Below, in pieces: positions 12,728 through 24,378 of a stretch of 64,000 nt of DNA (position 1 is the first letter of the stretch; each line of letters begins with the position of its first letter). The translations under genes were made by a program, and so were the position numbers. The notes beneath the pieces are model-generated. The model was not told the DNA's origin. It did no database searches and was given only the letters and a program-made list of their open reading frames with translations. The stretch is from Amphiscolops sp. MND2022 (taxonomy: Eukaryota): assembly GCA_964187785.1 (NCBI GenBank), contig OZ076409.1:16804001-16868000 (forward strand). Direction: 5' to 3'.

Positions 12728-15700
12728 TCATTTGAAATCATCATTGAAATTAGCATCAAACATTTTCTTCAATTTATGCACCGGTCGATTGTAGATTCCT
12801 GTAGCGGTTTTTATTTTTACGACTCTCACAAACTTGTCTGGGCCGGTGTACACATGTTGGATTTTAGCCAATGGCCACTGTAGTGGGGGAATATTGTCAT
12901 CAATTACAAAAACAATATCACCAACTTTCAAATTAGAAATTTCTAGTATCCTTTTATTTCTTTCTTGCAGGGAGAGTACATATTCTTTGACCCATCTTTT
13001 CCAAAAATGAGAGACCATTTTCTGTATTTGTATCCATCTTTTTGAGGGTGAATGTGTACTTTCAGGGTTTTTCAAATTATCATTAGTTTGGCTCAAAGGT
13101 AGATTCTCCAACTTTCCACCCAAGCAGAAATGAGCAGGAGTTAAGAAAAACTCGTCATTTGGATCTTCTGATAATGGGCAGATTGGTCTTGAATTCAAAA
13201 TCTTTTCAATTTGACAAAGCAGAGTACATAGTTCTTCAAAGGACAGAACTTTGTTTCCCATAACTTTTCGGAGATGTATCTTTGCACACTTGATTGCTGA
13301 TTCCCATAGGGCACCAAAGTGAGGAGCTCTTGGAGGGATGAAGAACCACTTGATGTGCAAGCCTGCTGCTTCAGCCTGCAAGGAGTCACAGTGTTCATTC
13401 CTTGATATCTTTTGCAGGTCTGCTATTTTTTTCTCCGAACCAACAAAATTTTTCCCATTGTCACCATAAAGATTTTTAGGGTAACCTCTGCGAGAAACGA
13501 ATCTTCTAATGGCTGCAATACATGCTGCTGTACTAAGATCGGCGACTAGTTCCAGGTGAACTGCTTTACTGGCAAAGCACACAAAAAGTGCTAGGTAGGA
13601 TTTCTCAAGAGAATCCGGAGATTTCCTACAAAGGAAAGGACCAGCAAAGTCTAGGCCCACGTCCTCAAAGGCTTTTATAGGAGGGTCAACTCTTGTCTTT
13701 GGAAGATCTCCCATCAGAAACTGGCTTCGAGTTGAAGCGATTACAACTGACACAATTCATTATCATTTTTCGAACCAAATTTCTACAACTGGGAATCCAG
13801 AAACGAGTTTTAATGTGAGCAATTGTTTGACTAGTCCCACCATGGAGTGTCAGCTGGTGAGAATTCAATACAATTAGACGTGCGAGGTGACTGTCTTGAG
13901 GAATTAGTCTTTGAAACTTGCTTTCTTCGGGCAACTTTGCATGTACTAATCTTCCTCCGACACAAAGAATGCCATTATCGAGAAACGGGTATAATTTGCA
14001 GATTTGACTCTTGGGCTTAACTTGTTGTGCAATTTCTAGAGTTCGGATTTCTTCCGAATATCGTTTCATTTGTTCTTGGCGAATCAAATTTATGATTGAC
14101 TCTGTTAACTCCGGGGCAGTAATGTAGCTTGGTAAAACAACCACGTTCTTCTTCAGTTTGTCAATAAAACGTCTAGCGTAAGCAAGAATTCGGAGGACTT
14201 TGTATAAGGAGTTAAACCTCGACAAATCAATAACATCCTTTTTGGTATCCCTGTGAGCCACAGAGGTTTGAAGACTGGTAATTCCTGTTGTTAGAGTCAA
14301 CTTTTTCAACTCTTCAGATGTTTCAACAATTGACAATGTTTTCGGAAATTCCCCTGTTAGTAACCACTTTGGACCATTCCACCATAGGTCATGTTGGTTC
14401 ATTTCGTCAGGGTTAATTCCTCGAGATGCAGGATCCGCAGGATTCTCCTCGAAACACACATGATTCCAATTCAATTTGTTTTCACTTTGAATTTCACTAA
14501 TTCTGTTTGAAACAAAAGTTGACCAGCAAGATGGTTCTTTTGACAACCATCACAGAACTATTGTTGAATCAGTCCACGCGAAGGTTTCTTCAATAACAAC
14601 TGGCGTTTGACCAATAGACTTGATGACAGATTGATATAACCTAGTGCCTAGCAAAACAGCACATAATTCTAATCTCGGAACAGATTGTGTTTTCACGGGG
14701 TCTACCTTGGTTTTGGCAACAAGCAGGGATGACTTCCGCCTGCCATGAGAATCTGTGGCAACAATATAAATACAAGCGGCATAAGCCCTTTCTGATGCAT
14801 CACAGAAGAGATGCAACTCAAATTTGTCCGAGAATCCATCAAGTAATACGAATCGTTGCAATTCCACATCCTTTAGAGAAATCAATTTCGTTCTCCACTT
14901 CAAATATTGGTCGGCAAGTTCGGAAGGGAGGTGATCATCCCATGAAATTTTTGCTTCCCAAGCCCTTTGCATTAACTGTTTCATGAAAATGGTAACTGGT
15001 GACAACCAACCCAATGTGTCGAAAGTCTTTGAAATGTCACTGAGCACTTGTCTTTGGTCAAAACCTTTGCTTTAAAGTTTTCCTTTTCGATGTGGGAAAC
15101 CTTAAAAACGAAGCGATCTTCGCTGTGTTGCCAAACAATACCGAGCGTTTTTATTGTATGGTCTTTGTCTAAAAACTCCAAGTTATCATTTGCTTCGCGA
15201 TACTCGGGCGGAAGGTCTAAGATAATGCTGGATTCGTTCGAAGTCCACTTGCGGAGATCGAATCTTCCTCGTTTAAGAGTTTCTACTAATTGCTTTTGGA
15301 GTATTCGAGCTTCGTCGATCGAATTGGCTCCAGTGAGAATGTCATCAACATAAAAATCTCTCAGTATAGCTGTTTGAACCTCAGTGGATACTTCCGACAA
15401 ATTGGCACATTCTCGCAAAGATCGGATTGAATGATACGATGAGGAAGCTACACCATATGTAACTCGGGTCATGCGTAAGGTTTCAACCGGACCATCAGCT
15501 GTAAATCTCCAGAGGATCCGATGAAAGTCTCGATCGGCTTTATCCAGCTCAACTTGCCGATACATCTTCGCTACATCAGCTGATAAAGCAATCTTGAAGA
15601 AACGGAATCGTACGAGAAAATTGAACAAATCATCTTGAAGTTTGGGACCAACTAGCAAACAATCATTAAGTGAAAAACCAGTTGTCGTTTTAGCACTAGC

Positions 15701-18001
15701 GTCAAATACAACACGCAATTTGGTGGTTGTACTGTCTTCTTTCAGCACGCAATGATGAGACAAGTAGAAGTTTGGAGAATTATCAATCTCCCTGGATTGG
15801 ACCTTCTCCAAGTGTCCAAGGTCAATGAATTCTTGAATGAAAGCTGAATACTTCCGAGAAAGGTCGACATTATGGCGCAAAGTGTATTCGAGACGAATGA
15901 AACGCTTCATTGCGTTCGCTTTCGAAAGTCCTAAATTGTGGGGTCCATCTTTAAATGGCATCTGTACTACGAAACGGCCGTCTTCATTGCGTTTTGTGGT
16001 GCTATGGAAGTGCTCTTCACAACGACGCTCATCCAAAGTTAAGTGTCTAGTTTCGGGGACACTTTCTATTTCCCAAATATTCAAAAGGAGTTGGTCAGAG
16101 TCACAATTCGGAGTGGTAGTCATGTGGGACACAACGTTGTTGCTGCCAGACGAATACACAGTACCAGACACAACCCAACCGAATACGGAATCCCGAATGC
16201 ACAAGCCGTTGTCCTTTATTTTATTATCAAGCATGTCTTCTATAACATCTGCACCTAGCAAGAGATCAACCTTATTAGGACCGTTAAAAGTGGGATCAGC
16301 TAAGTTAAGATTGTTCACATGGCGCATGGTCGAAACGTCAATTTCTTTATCAGGAATGGTATTGGAGATTTTTGGTATGAGATGAAGATTAACTTCGAGG
16401 GTATCATTCAACTTCACAGGCAATAAGCCTCGAGTTTTTTGGAAATGGGAAGAACCCATTGTAGAAACATTTATTTGGCTGCGCTGAGTTGGCAGCATGA
16501 GCGCCTTTGCAACATCTTCTGTTACGAAACTGGCTTGTGAACCGGAATCTAAGAGAGCCTGCAGCTTGATCGCGTCTCCCGATGAATTCCGAATTGTTAC
16601 AAGAGATGTAAAAAGAAGAACAGTATTTATTTCATTGTCAGCACTGAAGTGCCCTGTGGTGAATTGTTTTGTAGACTCCATTTTGTTGGAAGTTGAATTC
16701 ATACTTGAATAAATCTTTGTAGAGGTGCGTTGATCAGGGAGCTGTTTCTGAGGTCGATGAAGCAAGGTGTGATGTTTCATTTTGCACTCACGACAAGTGA
16801 ACTTAGATGGGCACGCATTAGACGAGTGTCCTGATTGGAAGCAGTTGAAACAGAGTTTTTTGTCTTTTATGAACTTATGTCTATCAGCAAGACACATTCC
16901 TTTGAATTGTGAACAAGCGTAAAGGCGATGATCCTCCTGGCAAGATTCGCACGATGAGCCTTGAACAGCATAATTCTGAACTCTTTTGGTCAGAGTATGA
17001 TTCCCTTGGTTACAGGGAGGAGTCACACTTGGTTGCGGTGTGACCTTTGTGCCACCCGATTCGAGTGCACGGCTTCTTGTGTCAAGGAATTTTGACAATA
17101 ATTCCCAAGACAAAACGTCAGTGCCAGGATTATCCAGCTGCCACTGCTTACGTGACTCTGGATCCATCTTGTCCGTCAGAACAAAAACTAAGATTGCATT
17201 CCAGTGCTCTATTGGTTGACCAAGTTCAACGAGTGCTCGTAACTGCTCATTGGTGAGCTCCAGAAGTTTTCTCAATCCAAGAGCGGATTCAGTTTTCAAA
17301 ACCGGCTGCGACCAAATTGCTTGCAAATGAGCTTGAATGATGCTCCTTTTATTTTCATATCGATCTTTCAACAATGCAAAGGCAATATTGTAGTTTGCGT
17401 CAGTTATCGAGATTGAACTAATGAGTCTCGCTGCTTCACCCTTCACACAGGCTTTCAAATAGTTCAGCTTCTCTGAATTGGAGAGATGGGTATTAGAATC
17501 GACGGAGGCCTTGAATAGGTCAAAGAAACTCATCCAGTCAGTGTGTGATCCAGTGAATGTTGGTAACTGAAGTTTAGGCAACTTCAATCTACTCGATGTG
17601 ACAGAACTTGATGGTGAAGAGTCTGTTGAAAACTCACACGGAGGTCTATCGCATTCTTTTTTGTAATTCTCAATCAATGCAGACAACCTAGCGATGGTAA
17701 CACTAGCAGAAACATGGAACTCCGTTTGCTGTTCCAGTTCATTGGCTAAATCATCTTCATCATCTATCAATAATTCAATTTCCGCATCAAACTTATGAAT
17801 CATTGCAATTCTATCTTGTAATGTCTTCAGCAAAGCTTCACCTTGAAACAATTTAGTTGAAGAGTCAATAGCAGTGACTGTAAATTCATCAACTTTCTGT
17901 TCCAATCTAGTGAAAGCACCTTTGTGACCACCTCGGATGCGAGTAAGTTTTCTATCTTCAGTGGCTGGTTGTACGGAAGCACTACTTTCAGTTACAGACA
18001 T
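12728..18001 (-). pseudogene. BEL/Pao gag-pol polyprotein, disrupted by 2 frameshifts and 1 stop
   Basis: 14981-18001: gag LKLPKLQLPTF, zinc knuckles CFNC..GH..C..C..C...HH, protease LLDSGSQ, RT FYVDD. 14550-15047: RNase H FCDASERAY. Stop at ~14550. 13686-14546: HGG/C..C zinc-binding region. 12728-13753: integrase DFAGP/GDNG/WESAIK and Pao C-terminus. Confidence 0.93.
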
Positions 18002-18145
18002 TTTTCAGATTACAATACAACACTATCACGAACAATAAACAAAGTAAATAATCCTCAAAGTCAAGTCGGATAGGCCACCGATGAGCTTATCGTCCAGTGA
18101 CCACATCGAACTCACCTCACAGGATGAAATAAAAAACTTCTAACG

Positions 18146-18760
18146 TTAAGTTGACTTCAAACTCTGCTCCAAAAGCTTCTTCAATCTTCTTTTCCTTTGA
18201 GAAGGTTTCTTGCTGGGACTTCTTGTATTTTGGGATAAAGCTTTAAGATTGTTTCGGTGCTCCAAAACAATGAACAAAGACTTCAATTCAATATCCGCTA
18301 CTGGATGAAGTCGGGAATATTCATTCAAAAGAGGAATATCATTCTGTTTTCTACGAGAAAGAAGATTTTCTGTGACTCGAATAACAATGAAATCATGATC
18401 ACGAAGATCATCAAATGCATGGGGTGCACCAATACGTTCACAATAGACTAAGGTTGTTATACGTGATTTATATTTTAACAATTCAGTTGCTTATTCTTTT
18501 GGGGTAAGAGCTGTATTGTTATTTGATTTATGGGGAGTCAAGGAGTTGTTCAGAATGTCATGCCAAATAACTAATTGATTCGTATTTTTAAGAATACCAT
18601 GATCCAGTAGAAAAGACAATTTGAGCGTATCACTTTGAACATAGGGTTTCAAGCTCAAAGAACGAATGGCTGTGATAAAGTTCCCAAGGGTATTTCGGTT
18701 ATCAAAATCCAAGTTTTGTAAAGCTCGTTTTAGTGAACTTGCACCGATAATATTTATCAT
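18146..18760 (-). pseudogene. Extra ORF upstream of gag inside the BEL element, SGNH/GDSL-hydrolase-like, one in-frame stop
   Basis: ORFs 18491-18895 and 18146-18481 share a frame, separated by one TAA. From ATG 18760: IIGASSL (block I-like), VIWHDILNNS (block III-like), SRLHP (block V-like) and a basic tail. Confidence 0.55.
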
Positions 18761-19139
18761 GAGTGAAGTTTTTGGTTTGCTAGGGGTAAGCTGAAGGTCG
18801 ATCAGAGACTTCGTAAAAATGTGACTATCTGTATCCAAAATTTTAGGAAGTAATAATAAAGGACAAACTATCAGGGGGATGCACAGTTTTTTCACCGTCG
18901 AAAAAACGAAATGCCTTTAAGTTGTAAAATGGAAAGAGCTAACCGGGGAATGACGATCAATCGTGGATGAAGCTGAGACTAGCAGGTTGAAGGGTTTGCA
19001 AGTTAGTTACTTGGTAATTAGTTACTTGACAATCGAGTGTTACTTTTGTAAGGACAACTTTTGGTACAAAGTACCAAAAAAAGTAGTTTCTTTTCGAAAG
19101 TTCAAAGTTCGTAAGTCCGTGGTCTATGGCGGACCAAAA

Positions 19140-19422
19140 TGTGTCTCACCGATAGCCCTACTTTTCTAATGGCGAACCAGGCCGCTCCATCAGCCAAAAA
19201 ATGATTTAAAAAGGAAAAATTATTATTTCCGGAAGATTTGTGTCTAGCAATTAAAACACACAGGATGCGGGAAAACAAAAAACACATGTGAAAGTATTTA
19301 CAAACTGCCGAGGGTTATATTCATCCAAGATACATGTATGCTTTACAATTTTGAACTAGAATTTGAAGTCAATTATTTGAAGGAATGATTCATCGATTTC
19401 AAATAGAATTCCATTCAGAACA
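19140..19422 (-). repeat. BEL/Pao 5' LTR
   Basis: Direct repeat of 12337-12619. Confidence 0.95.
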
Positions 19423-19789
19423 TGGGGTGAAATAATATGGGGTGAAATGAACTTGGGGTGAAATGATACGAAATAATTTGAACAATTTTGGAAAAAGTGC
19501 CTAACTGAAAAATTGTTGGGGAAATTATCTAAAATGACCCAAATAGTCAAAATTTCACAAAAGCAGTGTTGATTAAGTTTCTTTGGAACGTATTTTAATA
19601 TATTTCTTGGATATAAAGTATTTATCGACGTAAACACCGAGATATATAAAATGATTTTTTTCGAAGATCAACGCCAGTGATTTTCGTGAGAAACCTTCAG
19701 TATTGTTATATATATCTTCGACATAGTTGCGAACAGTTTGGCCACAAATATCGAAAGTGAACGCCTATTTATTGGCAGGGTCGTCAAAC

Positions 19790-20300
19790 CACTAAAAATG
19801 GAGAGGGGGCTTCCCCAGGCATACCGCTAAGGCGTAGCATATTTTTGGAGAAAGGTCCTTTTCCCTTGGTGGGCGGAAAATTGATTCAACCGTCTTTTGG
19901 TTCTCTTTTCGTTGTAAACTGAGTTCGAGTGGGTGTTTTTCTTTATAATGCCCAAGTGGGTGGCACGTGCCAGCATTATGACCCCAGCTGTAGTTAGCGG
20001 AGCAATTTGGTTGTCTGCAGTACACTCGACCTACACGAATTTCGCATAAGTCTTCATATCGAGGCTTTTTGGCATTTGATGCCATGGACACAACTAGTTT
20101 GTTATCAACATACACGAGAAATAACAAGTGATCTGATTTGGATTGAAATTGAATACTCAGGCAGTCAATCGCAGAAATTCACGCTAGCAGCTGCTAATTA
20201 TCTAAATTCAGTGGATACGCGGACGCTTTTTCTCAGAAATGTGGACCGCGGACCACTTAAGCGGACCGCGGACTACCATGGTCCGCTTTGGACCCCAGTG
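19790..20300 (-). mobile_element. hAT-like transposon 5' end with BED zinc-finger transposase fragment
   Basis: The minus-strand terminus CACTGGGGTCC has repeated GCGGACC subterminal motifs (20210-20300). ORF 19792-20127 has CRQPNC...TCHPLGHYKEKHP (BED-finger pattern) and is then truncated. Confidence 0.6.
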
Positions 20301-22720
20301 TATACTAAAAACTTTGGCGAAATTCTACCAGTATTAGATTTATTTTTCTTCATCAAGAATATCTTAGGTAAATAAACTTAATATACAAAGATGAAAAATA
20401 CCGTTTACGGTACTCTGGTGTCTCAAAATACCTACCGTTACATGCACGAAATTTTGAATGTTATACTTAAAATACCGAGTAACGGAAACTTTTATACAAG
20501 TCAAATCACTGCAATGAAGTGTTAGAATTCGAGTTTAATAAAACGCAGCTCTTGATCAATAGCATCTAATAATTTTATAAATCAATGAAGCTATCGTATC
20601 GTGTACTTCCGAAGAACTATTTGATTTGCTTGAAGATCCATTAAGTTTCTCAGTACTTGAACACAACTTCGATGTGGCTTCCAGTTGATTTAATTCGGTC
20701 AGAAACAGTTATTGAAGAAATTGGTGGTCCTTAGTCAATATTTCTTTAGCTGGATAACCACCGATTTCAAATGAAATTGATAACCATAATATTTTTGTGT
20801 TTTAGTGTTCATAAAATGTTTCAGGGTTGGATTCTCATCTCAGAATTCAGAGCTGTGACCCGGTTTTGCTTCCCTTATATCCTTATTTATCTCTTGTTCT
20901 TATCAAACTGGCTGTATTTGTTTTCTATGTGACACTCTCATCAGATAATCGAATAATGTCCTTTTCACAACGTATTGTCAATTTTCATCTGGTTATCTTT
21001 TCACGACAAAAAGCCAACTGATCAACACACTAAAAACTCAGAGAGCTATCAATTTCTGTACAAATTCTTTGAATCAATAGGTTTCCAAAGATCCACTTTT
21101 CGATCCAAAAAATGAACACAAAATTTGTCACCTATTTTCCCCTTTTGGCAAAAAGCTCGGAAGAATGGAAGATCATGGTAGAAAATTACATTTTAAAGTT
21201 TGCACAAAGGTAGACGAGACTTAAGGGTCCCTCCGTTTTTTGGTACTGTGCGTCTTTCTATTGACAATTTTACAACAAGGGCTCCTTTGACTTTTTGATT
21301 CGATGTTCTGAGAAAGAAGAGCGTTTTTCGTGTCTCAAGCGTGCCCTCGTAGGTTATATGTTAGTACTGTGAGATTGATAAGATTTCTCAATAATTGTTC
21401 TTGAGTATACTTGGAAGATATCCCAACTTCTTTCAAATTGATCAATGGTATTTTTGAATTATTGACTGTTTTCTCTGTTTAAATCTTGCCAAGACGGCTT
21501 TGGGAACACTTTAAAAATTGCTATTTTAGAAGGCTACATGTTAATTCGTCTATGCAATTCCAAACGTTATTTCAAATTATTACACTTTCAATCGCTTGCT
21601 ATTTCAACCTGTTGTGTCACCGAACATCAAAATTCTTTCGTTGTCGTGTTTCAATGTCTTTCGGAAGAAATGGTTTGAACTCAGCGGGACAGTCAAAATG
21701 GCAGTCAATGGAAGTGGGAATGTCAATTTTATTCTCTTTGTCGAACGCTTTCTGCTTTATTTGGCTCACAACTTCTTTCACCTTACACTCGGGTCACTTT
21801 CATGCGTGTGAGTGACTTTGAAACTAATCACAATGTTCTGGTTTGTCTTCAAAAAGGCTGGGAATTTTGGACAATTCTTCGTGCATTTCCGTTGAATGCA
21901 ACTCGGAGTGACTTGTTTTTCATTGTAACAGTTATGTACTGCGATGTTGCCCTGTTTGATTTTCTGATTTGAACTAGCATGATTTGAGTCTCAATTTGCA
22001 TTGGGCTTGCTGTGTGGAATGGTTACAATTCAGTCGACTACACTTTTATACAGCGAAAACATTCCAAGAAATTGTCACAAGTCATAGTGTGAAAGATTTA
22101 GTTGCTCGACTATTTTTAAAGCATTACTAATCGTAATAAAGGTTTTCATAATTAGCAGTTCTTGAGAGTAATTATTGGAAAGTGTGATATTTCGAAATTA
22201 CTGTAGTATAAAATTGCAAAAGGTTGAAAGTGTGAACAGATAAAATTGAGCGGTTGAAAGTGCGAACGGTTGAAACTGCATAGGACGAAATGTTTTGATC
22301 AGGGACCGTAGTTTTGTGCGCGCTTCTAAAATCGCACAATGAGCCCATAATCGGCGTTCTTCAAGAATGCGCGTAAAAGAGCATAATCCTGCTATATTAG
22401 AAATGAATTAGAAAAAAAACCTAATTTTAGCTGACTTATTAACAGCTGAAATATTCTTGAAGAAAAACAGCATTCGGTTTGCACCGAAACGAAGACTCTC
22501 ATTTTCAACTAGGAAAAATTCACAGTCCTTCGTTTCGGTGTGGCCCAAATTGTTCAATTTTATTGGGTCAGCAAAAGATTTGATGTTTCTGTACATAAAT
22601 TCGTTTTTCCTGTTAGTCAGGACCAAAAACATTATTGCGAACGAGCGCATATTTTCCATAAAATGAGCAACAGAGCCTCTAAAATGGCAGAATTTGCCGC
22701 ATACTGTCATAATTTAGCGT

Positions 22721-23344
22721 AACAAGACGGGAACGTCTAAAGTCGGCGCTATATCTAAGGCTCAAGAAGCTCAGTTTTCTAAATATGCCCAGGATGTATT
22801 CATGAAAAGCTTTGAAAACACTTTCGAGACACCCAAAGTGTGCCTTTCATGCTCGATATGACTGGAAAATCACTTTTCTCGACTGGAAACAAAAAAATTT
22901 TTGAAAATTTTTTTGAAAATTTTTTTTGAAAAAAATTTTTGAAAAAAACTTCGAAAACGTCGCATAGTGCCGAAAAATGAAAAGGGGGGACCCTTTGGGA
23001 TTCATTAACATATTTTCTGTTGCAAAATATCAAAAAATCCGAAGGGGGGACTCTTTTGAAAAATTGAAAATTTTCGAAAAAAAATTCGCACAGTGCCGAA
23101 AAAAATTGAAAGGGGGGACCCTTTGGAGTCTTCCGGTTTTGTAGGTTACGTAAAAAAGGTAAAAAACGAAAGGGGGGACCCTTTGCAGTAAGTTTGCATT
23201 GGTGGAACTTGGCCTGAGTGAACTTATCAGTTTCTGTAAAAAGTGGTACATACGCGATGAGCTCTGTGGTCTGACGAAAAAAAAAAAACTAGCCACTGTA
23301 ATAGTCGGGCTTTTTTCCTTAAAGGAAAATGCGCCGACTAAAAA
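22721..23344 (-). mobile_element. DINE-1/HINE-like element, copy 2
   Basis: AACAAGACGGGAACGTCTAAAGTCGGCGC ... GCGCCGACTAAAAA; same termini as copy 1 in reverse orientation. Confidence 0.65.
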
Positions 23345-24071
23345 TGAGCCTATAGTTTAGAAAAATTTTGCGCACAAAACTACGGTCCCTGGTCGTGACA
23401 TCATTTTGGAACACTCTAAGAATGATTTTATTGTGAGAACAGTAAAAATCATTTTTAGTAATCGCAGTGCTGGTACTTCTGCGAACGCATGTTTGGCTAA
23501 ATTGGAGTAGTTTCCCCTCCAAAAAATTCAAGGATCTCCGCAAATACACATGCTACGAACCTGCCTAGTTTTTAAATTCTGTCGAAGAACGTCTATCTTT
23601 TGAACATGAATCAAAGTTTGAGCATGAAAAAAATAGAAAAACCGATGAGAGATAAATTTTCTTTCCCGTACAGACTATGGTCGTAAATTATACTTTTCAG
23701 GTAGAGAAGGCAAAAATTTTCGAAAGTATTGTTCGAGTACTTTAGAGAAAACTCGTCTCTTTCTTGCATCAAACACATTTCATGACTACTCCATATTTTC
23801 GCCCCACATTGCTTCTCACAGACGTGAAACGTCAATCAACCGGCATTTGAAATACGATATATCAAAATACCTTTATTCCGAACGTGTTTTAACCTTACGA
23901 GTTGACAGATCAAACACAACTCGGCATTATCAGCTCACTTTTTGAACTAAATAGAACTAAAAAATTGATACCCGAAAAAAGTTGACAATCACAAATATTT
24001 TTCAGTTCATCTAAAACTATAAAATAAAAACACAAAAAAATTTTACCAAAACAAAAATGGAAAATAACGAA

Positions 24072-24378
24072 TTAATTTTTAATTGTATATATCAAGTTAG
24101 AATGTTTCAAAGGCACATGACCCAAAACACTTTGGAACCACATTAAACAAATAGATTGCTGCTGCTGTTTCAAATTATCAGTATTTCTTCTGGAATCTCC
24201 GTTGATTTCATTTTCATCTTCTTCATCCACACTAATCTCACTCCGAAGGGCAATAGGTGGGTTTAGAGTCACATAAGAGACAAACATGTTGAAATAGATT
24301 GAGAAGCATTCAGGGGACTTCTGAAGATGAGAAACAACTGTGTCGTTGAAAAATTTCCGCATCAAGAAGTAGTAGTAC
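24072..24378 (-). CDS. EXT1: EXT1-like exon 9 (terminal, GT64 C-terminus)
   Basis: Acceptor TTTTAG; YYYFLM...ECFSIYFNMFVSYVTLNPPI...QSICLMWFQSVLGHVPLKHS, then TAA. Confidence 0.8.

Larger units (their letters stand above)
12337..19422 (-). mobile_element. Full-length BEL/Pao LTR retrotransposon (mutated)
   Basis: 283-bp LTRs at 12337-12619 and 19140-19422 (TG...CA, about 12 mismatches by hand count). 5-bp flanks TGGCG/TGGGG. A primer-binding-site-like TGGTCCG follows the 5' LTR and a purine-rich AAGGCAGGCGG precedes the 3' LTR. Domain order is gag-PR-RT-RH-IN. Confidence 0.95.

Noticed and set aside
14687..17256. Plus-strand ORFs (e.g. 15837-16385, 15048-15353)
   Set aside because: They are antisense shadows of BEL pol with no independent motifs.
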